A DNA stretch of 64,000 nt from contig CM059431.1 of assembly GCA_030390025.1 (NCBI GenBank), positions 101,930,001-101,994,000 on the forward strand, given 5' to 3'. A program made the translations under genes and the position numbers. The stretch is from Squalus acanthias. Taxonomy: Eukaryota. This document shows, piece by piece, positions 33,428 through 45,880 of the stretch; the stretch's first letter is position 1, and every line of letters begins with the position of its first letter. Below the pieces are notes generated by a model that was not told the DNA's origin, ran no database searches, and worked only from the letters and a program-made list of their open reading frames with translations.

Positions 33428-33797
33428 GGAAGTGAGCATGCTGCCTCTACATCTGCTGAAGCCACAGGGGAAGCACCACGTAGAAGCACGCGTAAGAGAA
33501 TTTTAACACGCAAATAGTCACAAGGGTAGTCACTTGGGTGTTTTCATATTATCCAAAGTAATGTTTGTGATCTTTATTTCTATTGTATTAAAGTAATGCG
33601 ATGTCAATGATTCAATGCGTTGCCCTATGTGTGCTCAGAATTGGAAATGGCACAGTGAAGGTTGAGGGCGCCTTTCATCTGCAGTGATGGTGGAGAGTGT
33701 GATAGGAATGCACAGTTCATTGTTCAGATGCTGTATTGTGTGGAATGGGGGTCCTGGCAACCTTCATGTGCATGTCACATGTCTGTGCTGCGTAAAG

Positions 33798-35043
33798 TTA
33801 TGCGAATCTGGCATGGATTAGCCCATCCCTTGCCTCACAGCCAGCAATGAGCTCGTGTGCTGGTAGCACTGGGGCTGCAGCCTCCGCCAGGTCTTCCTCA
33901 TCTGCAACCTCATTCAGCTCTTCCTCCTCCTCCTCCTCCTCCTCCGAGGCTCTGCGCTGAGCCACTTGTTGCTCAGGCAGCAGTAAGCCAGGCTGCGGTG
34001 CGATGTTGTGCAGTGCACAGCAGACCACGATGATTCTGGAGACCCTGGCTGGTGCATACTGTAGGGCTCCACCTGATCTGTCCAGGCATCTGAAGCACAT
34101 TTTGAGCAAGCTGATGGTTTGCTCTATGATGCTTCTGGTGGAAATGTGGCTCACATTGTAACGCTCCTCAGCTTCATTTGACAGCCTCCTCATCGGTGTC
34201 GTTAGCCACTTTTTCAGGGGATAGTCCTCGTCTCCAAGTAGCCATCCGGAAAGTTGGGTTGGCGGATTGAACAGCTGAGGGACAGTAGACTGCCGCAGGA
34301 TGAACGAGTCATGATAACTGCCAGGGAACTTGGCACAAACATGCATAATGTTCTTCCTGTGGTTACACACCAGCTGCACGTTAAGGGAGTGGAAGCCCTT
34401 GCGGTTCACAAATACTGCTGGGTTGTGATGGGGTGCCCTGATGACTACATGTGTGCAGTCTACGACGCCCTGCACCCTTGGGAAGCCATCCATATTGGCA
34501 AACCCAACCGCCCGCACAGTAACACTTGCTTATCCGTTGAGAAGTGGATGTCATTGGCCGACTTGGCAAACAGGACATCGGTAACCTGCGTGATGCATCT
34601 GTGGGCGGCCGACTGGGAGATGCCGCTGACGTCTGCAGCTGATCCCTGGAAGGACCCTGACGCAATGAAGTTAAAGGCAGTGGTGACTTTGACAGCCACT
34701 GGTAAGGAGTGTCCACCTGCTCCTCTGGGCTCCAGGCCTTGGTGCAGCATTTTGTGCAGATGTCAGCGACTACCTCTCGCGAAAGTCTCAGCCTCCTTTG
34801 GCACTGCTGCTCAGTCATGTTGAGGAAGCTCATCCTCTGCCTGTAAACCCTGTGTTGGGGGTATCTCCTGCGGCGTGGTGCAGCCCTGCACTGACGCCCT
34901 CTGTCCTGTGCAGCATCAGGTGGCTGAGGAGAAGGTTGGCGCTCCTGCTGTTGGTGCTGCTGTTGAGCCTGGTTCTGCTGCTGTCGCGGCTGCTCATCCT
35001 CCGAATCTGAGGACCAGGATGAGAGAGTATAAACGGTTCCCAT
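33798..35043 (-). pseudogene. Harbinger (HARBI1-like) DDE transposase with two frameshifts
   Basis: Three overlapping frames: ..RLRLSREVV.., ..ASGSFQ...GISQSAAHRCI.., ..[35 protein letters not shown]; shifts near 34750 and 34515. Confidence 0.9.
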
Positions 35044-35809
35044 TCTGCTGGTATATATGTCACTTGAGGATGAAATATTATAAGCGCTCAGTCAATGTGG
35101 AGAGAGGTTATTCCAAGGAGGTCACAGTGCATATAGACCTCACAACACACACTTACAACCTCAACACACCTGAAATATGTCTTCCAAATCCTGAAATCAG
35201 AAAGTTCTGCCATTTGAAATTGAACTGATGAGGCATGTTAGGGTTTAAGCCGCAGTTGCAGCTGTGAACGATTCAGCTTGTTGGAACACCCGACACAATC
35301 AGCTGGCGTGTTCCTCGAACGCCGTGGAAGACGGTGAAAATGTGGCAAAATTGAAAAAACCCTGCCAAAATAGCATTTAACAGGTAGTTAACTACCTTAC
35401 GTGCCTCTCCCGCCGCTTGGTGTCGGGTCTGACCTGGAGTCGTAGACCCGACACTTTGGAAAGCCGCGTGGAGGCGGGTTCGCGATCCGCCGTCAATCAT
35501 TTCGGATTTAACTCCTGACCCGCCTCCAAACCCGCCCTCTGAGCGCTGGCTAAATTGCGGCCTAAGTTCCTGGAGCAAGTTCATGCAGTGCATTACCATT
35601 GCGTTGCCTGTCCATGTGGACACCAATTTACCCCTCATAATAATTGTACCTGGTTTTAAAACGTCAAGCATTGCTTTCCATTCCTAAAATACCACTGGGC
35701 TTGCATCACATCCAGCGTATATTAACAATCTTGTGTCTGGAAGCACTCCCTGTCCGCAAAAATGTACTTGTTGTTGTCAACCTATTATAAATTCCTACAT
35801 CCATATTTA

Positions 35810-36445
35810 TAACATTCGCGCCACACAAGTGCCAGGCAATGACTATCTCCAACAAGCGAGAGTCTAACCACCGCCCCTTGACATTCAACGGCATTACCAT
35901 CGCCGAATCCTCCACCATCAACATCCTGGGGGTCACCATTGACCAGAAACTTAACTGGACCAGCCACATAAATACTGTAGCTACAAGAGCAGGTCAGAGG
36001 CTGGGTATTCTGCGGCGAGTGACTCACCTCCTGACTCCCCAAAAGCCTTTCCACCATCTACAAGGCACAAGTCAGGAGTGTGATGGAATTCTCTCCACTG
36101 GCCTGGATGAGTGTAGCTCCAACAACACTCAAGAAGCTCGACACCATCCAGGACAAAGCAGCCCGCTTGATCGGCACCCCATCCACCACCTTAAACATTC
36201 ACTCCCTCCACCACCGGCGTACCGTGGCTGCAGTGTGTACCATCTACAAGATGCACTGCAGCAACTCGCCAAGGCTTCTTCGGCAGCACTTCCCAAACCC
36301 GCGACCTCTGCCACCTAGAAGGACAAGGGCAGCAGGCGCATGGGAACACCACCACCTGCAAGTTCCCCTCCAAGTCACACACCATCCCGACTTGGAAATA
36401 TATCGCCAATCCTTCATCGTCGCTGGGTCAAAATCCTGGAACTCA
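35810..36445 (+). mobile_element. CR1-group LINE ORF2 3' fragment (family distinct from the main CR1s)
   Basis: FAPHKCQAMTIS..ILGVTIDQKLNWTSHI..; its 3' tail recurs at 9830-9955, 29735-30040, 40325-40735 and 41065-41235. Confidence 0.7.
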
Positions 36446-37655
36446 GAATAGATAAGGGGGAACCAGTAGATGTGGTGTATTTGGATTTTCAGAAGGCATT
36501 CGATAAGGTGCCACACAAGAGGTTATTAAACAAAATTTGGGCTCACGGGTTTGGGGGGTAATATACTAGCATGGATTGAGGATTGGTTAACGGACAGAAA
36601 ACAGAGAGTAGGAATAAATGGGTCATTTTCAGGTTGGCAGGCTGTAACTAGTGGGGTACCGCAAGGATCAGTGCTTGGGCCTCAGCTATTCACAATCTAC
36701 ATCAATGATTTGGATGAGGGGACCAAATGTAATATATCCAAGTTTACTGATGATACAAAGCTGGGTGGGAATGTAAGTTGTGAGGAGGATGCAAGGAGGC
36801 TTCAAGGGGATATAGACAGGCTAAGTGAGCGGGCAAGAACATGGCAAGTGGAATATAATGTGAAGTTATCCCCTTTGGTAGGAAAAATAGAAAAGCAGAG
36901 TATTTTTTAAATGGTGAGAGATTGGGAAATGTTGGTGTTCAGAGGGACCTGGGTGTCCTTGTACACGAATCACTGAAAGTTAACATGCAGGTACAGCAAG
37001 CAATTAGGAAAGCAAATGGTATGTTGGTCCTTATTACAAGAGTATTTGAGTATAAGAGTAAAGACGTCTGACTGCAATTATATAGGACCCTGGTGAGACC
37101 ACACCTGGAGTATTGTGTACAGTTTTGGTCTCCTTACCTAAGGAAGGATATACTTGCCATAGAGGGAGTGCAACGAAGGTTCACCAGACTGGTTCCTGGG
37201 GTGGGGGGATTGTCCTATGAGGACAGACTGAGTAGACTAGGCCTATATTCTGTAGAGTTTAGAAGAATGAGAGGTGATCTCATTGAAACATACAAAATTC
37301 TTATAGGGCTTGACAGAGTAGATGCTGGGAGGATGTTTCCCCTGGCTGGGGAGTTTAGAACCAGGGGTCACAGTCTCAGGATAAGGGGTCGGCCATTTAG
37401 GGCTGAGATGAGGAGAAATTTCTTCACTCAGAGGGTGGTGAATCTTTGGAATTCTCTGCCCCAGAGGACTGTGGCGGCTCAGTCGTTGAGTATATTCAAG
37501 ACAGAGATCGATGGATTTTTGAATATTAAGGGAATCAAGGGATATGGAGATCGGGCGGGAAAGTGGAGATGAGGTAGAAGATCAGCCATGATCTTATTGG
37601 CTCGAAGGGCCAAGTGGCCGACTCCTGCTCCTATTTCTTATGTTCTTATGTTCTT
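36446..37655 (+). mobile_element. CR1 LINE RT and 3' end
   Basis: VYLDFQKAFDKVPH, GVPQGSVLGP, FTDDTKL, C-terminus and (TTCTTATG)n tail. Confidence 0.9.
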
Positions 37656-40047
37656 AACTCGACTTCTCTGCTCCCCATATTGTTGCGACTTTTGCTATTT
37701 GTTTATATAATAATATAAAATCAAATAGTGTACAAAATAAGAACAAGATGCATGATTTTAAAATGGAGACTGAATTATGTCTGTGGCCAATGGTCCAATT
37801 GTCCCTTGCCCTCTAAATAACCCCGCTTCATTTGAAGATTACACTTGGTCTTAATTCTGCCTGTGCAGTGTCGCAAGAGATTGATTGCCCCATAAATCTG
37901 TCATTTCACATCTATTGGAACACTCAAGGCAGATTGCTGATTAGTTATTACCTGAACAAGGTCAAAAGCATTGCTGCTTGTGGTACCTTGCTGTGCACAA
38001 ACTGTTGGCCGCATTTGTCTACGTAACAACAGTGACTGCACTAAGAAAATCATTCGTTGGTTGTAAGATGCTTTGGGATGTATCCAGTGGTGGGAGGGTC
38101 GGTAACCAGAGGACACAGATTTAAGACAATTGGCAAAAGAACCAGAGGGGGAGATGAAGAGAATTTCTTTTAACGCAGCGAGTTGTTGTGATGCGAACAT
38201 ACAAATTTGGAGCAGGAGTCGGCCACTCGGCCCCTCGAGCCTGCGCCGCCATTCAATAAGATCATGGCTGATCCGATGACTCTACATTCCCGCCTACCCC
38301 CGATAACTTTTCACCCCCTTGCTTACCAAGAATCTACCTCTGCCTTAAAAATATTCAAAGACTCTGCTTCCACCGCCCTCAAAGACTCACGACCTCTGTG
38401 AGAAAAAATTTCTCCTCATCCCGAGGAGGACCTCTCCCCCAAATCGCTTGTCCGCTCACAATCTGAGGTCCTCCCCTCACCAAACCCACCCATGGGGGGT
38501 CCTGATTGCATGCTGACCGCCTGGTACTTGCCCACCTCAGAATCGGCATTACAGCACATTGTAGAGTCGTGGTGGGACTCCTTCACCGTCTACGCTTGGT
38601 GGATGTCGCTGGTCACACTTGACTGAAGAGCCTCTAGGTGGCACTGAGACAGTAATAGTAGAAAGTGAACGGATGCACTGCTTTTGGTTAGTAATACTTA
38701 ATAACCCGATTTAACTAGAGGAATGTGGTCTTTAGCTGAAGTAATGCCGGGTCTAATCAACTCTGCCCTGTGGATCAGTGGAACATCCAGTAAATGCACA
38801 AGAAGTCCCACGACCCAGTGCATGTTGTCCTAATATATGTTTTGCTTAGTTCAATCTGCTATCACTGCTTTGCGTATCCAGCAGTGAGTGTGCTGTGTTC
38901 AGGAGCAGCATTTACCCCATGTACAGGTTCAGATTGGGGCATTTATTAGACAATGATACCAGATATAAATTTCAATTTTCTTTTGATACATAGAAAAAAA
39001 AATATGGGGAGAGAGCGGGAATATGGTATTGAGATAGAGGATCAGCCATGATCATATTGAATGGCGGAGCAGGCTCGAAGGGCCGAATGGCCTACTCCTG
39101 CTCCTATTTTTCTATGTTTCTATCTCTGTCTTAAATGGGCGACCCCTTATTTTTAAACAGTGACCCCTAGTTCTAGATTCTCCCACAAGAGGAAACATCC
39201 TCTCCACATCCACCCTGTCAAGACCCCTCAGGATCTTATATGTTTCAATCAAGTCACCTCTTATTCTTCTAAACTCCAGCAGATACAAGCCTAGCCTGTC
39301 CAACCTTTCCTCATAAGACCAGTGATCTGGAACGCGCTGCCTGAAAGGGCGGTGGAAGCAGATTCAACAGTAACTTTCAAAAGGGGGAATTGGATGAATA
39401 CTTGAAGGGGAAAATTTTGCAGGGCTGCGGGGAAAGGGCAGGGGGGGGAGTGGGACTAATTGGAGAGCTCGTTCAAAGAGCCAGCACAGGCACGATGGGC
39501 CGAATGGCCTCCTTCTGCGCTGTATGATTCTATAATATTACTGAAACCCAAACAGGGACTAGTTGAAGAGACACATAGGAACAGGAGGAGGCCATTCAGC
39601 CCCTCGAGCCTGTTCCGCCATTCGATGAGATCATGGCTGATCTGCGACCTAACTCCATATGGCCTACTCCTGCTCCTATTTTTCTATGTTTCTTTGGCCC
39701 ATATCCCTTAATACCTTTGGTTGACAAAAATCTATCAATCTCAGATTTAAAATTAACAATTGATCGAGCATCAATTGCCGTTTGCGGAAGAGAGTTCCAA
39801 ACTTCTACCACCCTTTGTGTGTAGAAGTGTTTCCTAATTTCACTCCTGAAAGGTCTGGCTCTAATTTTTAGACTATGCCCCCTCGTCCTAGAATCCCCAA
39901 CCAGCGGAAATAGTTTCTCTCTATCTACCCTATCAGTTCCCTTTAATATTCTGAAAACTTCGATCAGGTCACCCCTTAACTTCTAAATTCCAGGGTAGTT
40001 AAGCCACTTTCAAAGATTTGTTCTGGTGGAAGTAAACAAAGTGCAAC

Positions 40048-40065
40048 TAGCGCCCTCTTATGGCA
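40048..40065 (-). promoter_or_regulatory. CTCF-like motif in unique intergenic DNA
   Basis: Minus strand TGCCATAAGAGGGCGCTA resembles the CTCF core CC(A/G)(C/G)(C/T)AG(A/G)GGGCGC. Confidence 0.3.
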
Positions 40066-41714
40066 GAACCCAATACTTTCACAAAGAATTGTTACGGGAC
40101 TCTGCTAATGGCGCAGACCCAAGCTATGGGTAAACTCGAGTTCAGGCCCTATTCTCAGCATGCCCCATTTCTGCAGTGAAGATAATTGCCGGGTTTTTGG
40201 TGTAAGCATGTGTAAGGAAAGTATAGCGAAGGGTGGGCTTCTGTGTATTAACTAGATCAAGTTTTAAAACATGGTTTAGGGGCTTTACAAGGCAGAACGT
40301 TAAAAACCAGCACCTCACAAAACAGCGACCTCTACCGCCTAGAAGGACAAGGGCAGCAGGCGCGTGGGAACACCACTACCTCCAAGTTCCCCTCCAAGTC
40401 ACACACCATCCTGACTTGGAAATATATTTATTTATTTATTATTCGATCTGGGCGTCGCTGGGAAGGCCAGCATTTATTGCCCATCCCTAATTGCCCTTGA
40501 GAAGGTGGTGGTGAGCTGCCTTCTTGAACCGCTGCAGTCCGTGTGGTGAAGGTACTCCCACAGTGCTGTTAGAGAGGGAGTTCCAGGATTTTGACCCAGC
40601 GACGAAGAGGGATCGGAATGATATACTTCTAAGTCAGGATGGTGTGTGACTTGGAGGTGGTGGTGTTCCCATGCACCTGCTGCCCTTGTCCTTCTAGGTA
40701 GAAGAGGTCGCGGGTTTGGGAGGTGCTGCCGAAGTTTCATAGCGGTTAATTACAACTGAGTGACTTGCTAGGCCATTTCAGAGGGCAGTTAAGAGTCAAC
40801 CACTTTGTTGTGGGTTTGGAATCACATATAGGCCAGACCAGCAGATTTCCTTCCCTAAAGGACATTAGTGAACCAGATGGGTTTTTACAACAATCCAGTA
40901 GTTTCATGGTTACCATCACTGATACTAGCTTTTTATTCCAAATTTATTTAATTAACTGAATTTAAATGGTGGGATTTGAACTCACGTCTCTGGATCATTA
41001 GTCCAGGCCTCTGGATTACTAACCCAGTGACATTACCACTACGCTACCGTTCCCATATATCATCGATCCTTCATCGCCGCTGGGTCAAACTCCTGGAACT
41101 CCCTCCCTAACAGCACTGTGGGAGCACCTTCACCACACGGACTGCAGCGGTTAAAGAAGGCGGCTCACCACCACCTTCTCGAGAGCAATAAATGCTGGCT
41201 TTGCCAGCGACGCCCACATCCCACAAACGAATAAAAAGAAAACAAGGATAGCTACAAAAAGGGACATTATAAAGGCTAGAGAGGGAGTATAAGATTTAAA
41301 AAATTAGCAAAAAATATAACAGGCAATTATAAAATTTCTTTGTGCTGGTACATTAGAAGTAAGAAGTAGTCAGGGTCGGGTTGCTAAGAGATAAAGGGGG
41401 CAAGCTTAGAGTGGGGAGTGAGGGAACGGCACCGATATTAAGAAAGAAGAACTTGCATTTCTACAGCGTCTTTCATGACAACAGGACGTCCCAACATGCT
41501 TTACAGCCAATGAAGTGCTTTTTGAAAGAGCAGTCACTGTTGTAAAGTAGGAAACGCGGCAGCCAATTTGCGCGCAGCAAGAAAATATTGCGTTTCCGTT
41601 TTCACAGAAGAGGTGGTAATTAGGAGGGTAAAACCACAACGGGTTTGTGTTTTAAGTGTTTTTACTCAAAGCCTCAGCAGGTATCTGGGCTCAGCGGCTC
41701 CAGGTTACAGAACT

Positions 41715-44700
41715 TTCTGACGAAAGGTCTTCGACCTGAAACGTTAACTCTGTTTCTCTCTCCACAGATGCTGCCTGGCCTGCTGAGTTTTTCCAGCGTT
41801 TTCTGTTGTTATTTCGATTTCAAGCATCCGCAGTATTTTGCTATCGTATTAGTGTTTGGTCCACTGCCACCTCTCTTCTAGGAATGCCCACCTTGAAGAA
41901 GTTCTGCTCTTCTCTTCGACGGGACTTCCGTTTGTCTCTTCAACCTTGTTCATCTTCACTGCTTTCAGTTTCCCTTCTCGTGTTTGATCAGGTATCTGCC
42001 AAGACTCGGTTTCACAGCCACATTACTTTCCTCAGCAACTGTCTCCGGTTCCGTCTTATTCCACGTGGATTCCAACTAAACTTCCACCCTTCGTGTTTCG
42101 GATCCACCCAGGATTACAAATATCTCCAAGATATTCATCGTTCCTCGAACTACTGCTCTCGCCGCATCTTGAGATCCACGCTCAACGCCATGCAGCGCCA
42201 CATGAACACTCTCGACCTCTCTCTTCAGCAGCACCGACGCACTCTATCTCAAAGCTGTCCGGGTCCACAGTTCCATTTCATCCTTCGACTCATCAGACGC
42301 TTCAACAAAAAACTTTTTTTCTTCCTTTCTGATGTCAAGGATCGCAATCTTCATCAACTCTTGAACACCAACGTCCCTCCGGAACCTTCTTCCCCTTCAC
42401 TTTCCTCTGACCCCCCTTCTCCCAATCTCACCCCCTGCCGCATTTTCACTATCCCCTCTGACCTTCCCCTCTCTGACCCCGAACGATCAGTCCTCAGCAA
42501 AGGCCTGAGCTTCATCCCCTTACGCCCCCACCTCAATGAATTTTGAGCTCGGCACGATGCTGAGCTCTTTTTCCGCCGCCTTCGCCTCTGTGCCCACTTC
42601 TCTGGCCAGGAGTCTTCCCCCCGCACGCCTGACCCTTTCTCCCGCTTTCAGAATTCCCGTTCTACCTGGACCCCTCCCTCTGGCCTCTTACCCTCTCTAG
42701 ATCTTTTCATTGCTAACTGCCGGCGTGACATCGGCCGTCTCAATTTCTCTGCTCCCCTCTCTCACTCCAACCTACCTCCCTCTGAACTTGCAGCACTCCA
42801 TTCCCTCAGATCCAACCCCGACATTGTCATTAAACCTGCTGACAAGGGTGGTGCTGTTGTTGTTTGGCGTACCGACCTCTACCTAGCAGAAGCTGAACGC
42901 CAACTCTCCGACACCTCCTCCTACCTCCACCTGGACCATGACTCCACTACCGAACATCAAACCACCATTTCCAAGACCGTCACTGACCTCATCTCCTCTG
43001 GAGATCTTCCCCCCACGGCCGCCAACCTCATAGTTCCCCAACCCTGCACAGCCCGCTTCTACCTCCTTCCCAAGATCCACAAACAGGACTGCCCCGGTAG
43101 ACCCATCGTTTCAGCCTGTTCTTGCCCCACGAAACTTATCTCTTCCTATCTCAACTCTATTTTTTCTCCCCTTGTCCAGTCTCTTCCCACCTACATCCGC
43201 GACTCTTCCGACGCCCTCCGCCACTTTAACAGTTTCCAGTTTCCCGGCCCCAACCGCCTCCTTTTCACTATGGACGTACAATCCCTCTACACCTCCATTC
43301 CCCACCAGGATGGCCTGAGGGCGCTCTGCTTCTTCCTTGAACAGAGGCCCAACCAGTCCCCATCCACCACCACCCTCCTCTGCCTGGCTGAACTTGTTCT
43401 CACATTGAACAACTTCTCCTTTGACTCCACCCATTTCCTCCAAATTAAAGTGTTGCTATGGGTACCCACATGGGTCCTAGCTATGCCTGCCTTTTCGTGG
43501 GATATGTGGAACACTCTTTGTTCCAGTCCTACTCGGGTCCCCTCCCTCACCTCTTTTTCCAGTACATTGATGACTGTATCGGTGCCGTCTCCTGCTCTCG
43601 CCCTGAACTAGAACATTTCATTCACTATGTTTCCAATTTCCACCCTTCCCTCACCTTCACATGGTCCATCTCCGACTCTTCCCTTCCCTTCCTCGACTTC
43701 TCCGTCTCCATCTCTGGGGATAGGTTATTGACTAACATTCACTACAAGCCCACTGACTCCCACAGCTACCTGGACTACACTTCCTCCCACCCCGCCTCCT
43801 GTAAGGACTCTATTCCATTCTCCCAGTTTCTCCGTCTCCGCCGCATCTGCTCTGATGATGCCACCTTCCATACCAGTGCTTCCGACATGTCTTCCTTGTT
43901 CCTCAACCGAGGATTCCCCTCTACCGTGGTCGACACGGCTCTCGACCGTGTCCGTTCCATCTCCCGCACTTCTGCCCTCACCCCTGCCCCTCCCTCCCAG
44001 AACCACGATAGAATTCCCCTTGTCCGCACCTTTCACCCCACCAGCCTCCACATTCAACAGATCATCCTCCGCCATTTCCGCCACCTCCAGCGTGATCCCA
44101 CCACCAAACGCATCTTCCCCTCACCTCCCCTTTCAGCATTCCACAGGGACTGCTCCCTCCGCGACACCCTAGTCCACTCCTCTACCACCCCCAGCACCCC
44201 TTCCCCTTCGCCCGGCACCTTCCCGTGCAAGCGCAGGAGATGCAACACATGCCCTTATACCTCCCCTCGTCCCACTGTCCAGGGCCCCAAACACCCCTTC
44301 CAGGTGAAACAGCGATTTACTTGTACTTCCTGCAATTTAGTATACTGTATTCGCTGCTCACGATGTGGTCTCCTCTACATTGGGGAGACCAAACGCAGAT
44401 TGGGTGACCGCTTTGCGGAACACCTCCGTTCAGTCCGTAAGGGGGACCCCGAGCTCCCGGTGGCCTGTCACTTTAATTCACTGCTCCACTCCCACTCTGA
44501 CCTCACCGTCCTCGGCCTATTACACTGTTCCACGGAAGCTCAGCGTAAGCTCGAGGAACAGCACCTCATCTTTCGTTTAGGCACCCTACAGCCCTCTGGA
44601 CTCAATATCGAGTTCAACAATTTTAGATCTTAACCTCGGCCCCTATCACATTTATATTTTATTTTTTCATCCACCCTTTTGTTTGGCTCCACCCCCTTTT

Positions 44701-45049
44701 TTTTTTCCTCCCAGAAGCTGGCAGCTGTCCTTCATTCTGCCAGTGCATTTCACACTTCATTTAGCCTCAACTTGTCACATTAACACCTCCTCTTGCCCTG
44801 ATTATCTCTTAATGTCTCTCAATGTCTCTTAATCTCTGCTTTTGTTCTTTCATCCCCTCCCCCTTTTCCCAGCTTTATCCTTGCTTTAAATCTATTTCAT
44901 TTCCTGCTTTTTCCAGTTCTGACAAAAGGTCTTCGACCTGAAACGTTAACTCTGTTTCTCTCTCCACGGATGCTGCCTGGCCTGCTGAGTTTTTCCAGCG
45001 TTTTCTGTTGTTATTTTGGATTTCCAGCATCCGCAGTATTTTGCTATCG
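41715..45049 (+). mobile_element. Penelope-like element, Neptune type, near full length with direct pLTR repeats
   Basis: Direct repeats 41715-41847 and 44917-45049; flanks TACAGAACT / TACAGAGCT; RT plus GIY-YIG ORF. Confidence 0.92.
41883..44633 (+). pseudogene. Penelope RT + GIY-YIG endonuclease ORF with one nonsense codon (TGA 42544-42546) and one frameshift (~43450)
   Basis: LSKGLSF.P, KPADKGG, LPKIHK..GRPIVS, DVQSLYTSIP, MGT.MGPSYA, YIDD, FLD, CxxxxCxxC linker, VYCIRC..C..LYIGET..L..RF.EH. Confidence 0.92.
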
Positions 45050-45880
45050 TACAGAGCTGCAGTGTTCCTAATGTCCACCGGAGGGCCCTCAAACATTATG
45101 TTAATGTTAGAAATTCATCAATTCAAATTCCTGGCATTCAAATTAATTTAAATAAGGGTTGGGTGAGCGAGATGGACTTGAAATGCTGGAATTGACATTC
45201 ATAGTCCCTACTTAAAGTAAGCATCTAATATGTTTACTATGTTGTTACGTGTGATTTGATAAACACATTGTTAATTGCAGTCGGCATAATTGTGAAGTGT
45301 TTCCTTGTTTTTGTATGATTTTTGAGCTACCAGGGCTCTTTGGGCCTGAATTTGCGGTCGCAGGCTTTGTGCGGGGAAATGGCCCCCGATCTGCAAATAA
45401 AATCCCCGCCTACCTTTTGCCTCGGGATCCACGGAGACTCGCGCTCCTGGGCCTCTACGCGTATGGGATTGGGGGTAATATACTCGCATGGATTGAGGAT
45501 TGGTTAACGGACAGAAAACAGAGAGTAGGAATAAACGGGTCATTTTCGGGTTGGCAGGCTGTAACTAGTGGGGTACCGCAAGGATCAGTGCTTGGGCCTC
45601 AGCTATTCACAATCTACATCAATGATTTGGATGAGGGGACCAAATGTAATCTATCCAAGTTTGCTGATGATACAAAGCTGGGTGGGAATGTAAGTTGTGA
45701 GGAGAATGCAAGGAGGCTTCAAGGGGATATAGACAGGCTAAGTGAGTGGGCAAGAACATGGCAAGTGGAATATAATGTGGAGAAATGTGAAGTTATCCAC
45801 TTTGGTAGGAAAAATAGAAAAGCAGAGTATTTTTTAAATGGAGAGAGATTGGGAAATGTTGGTGTTCAGAGGGACCTGGG

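Larger units (their letters stand above)
31336..35562. mobile_element. PIF/Harbinger DNA transposon, two convergent genes
   Basis: TAA on both flanks (31333-31335, 35563-35565); imperfect TIRs GGACTGGATTTT / AAATTGCGGCC; Myb/SANT gene on +, DDE transposase on -. Confidence 0.9.

Noticed and set aside
33798..35043. Host gene HARBI1
   Set aside because: Frameshifted, paired with a Myb gene and bounded by TIRs and a TAA duplication, so it is a transposon copy.
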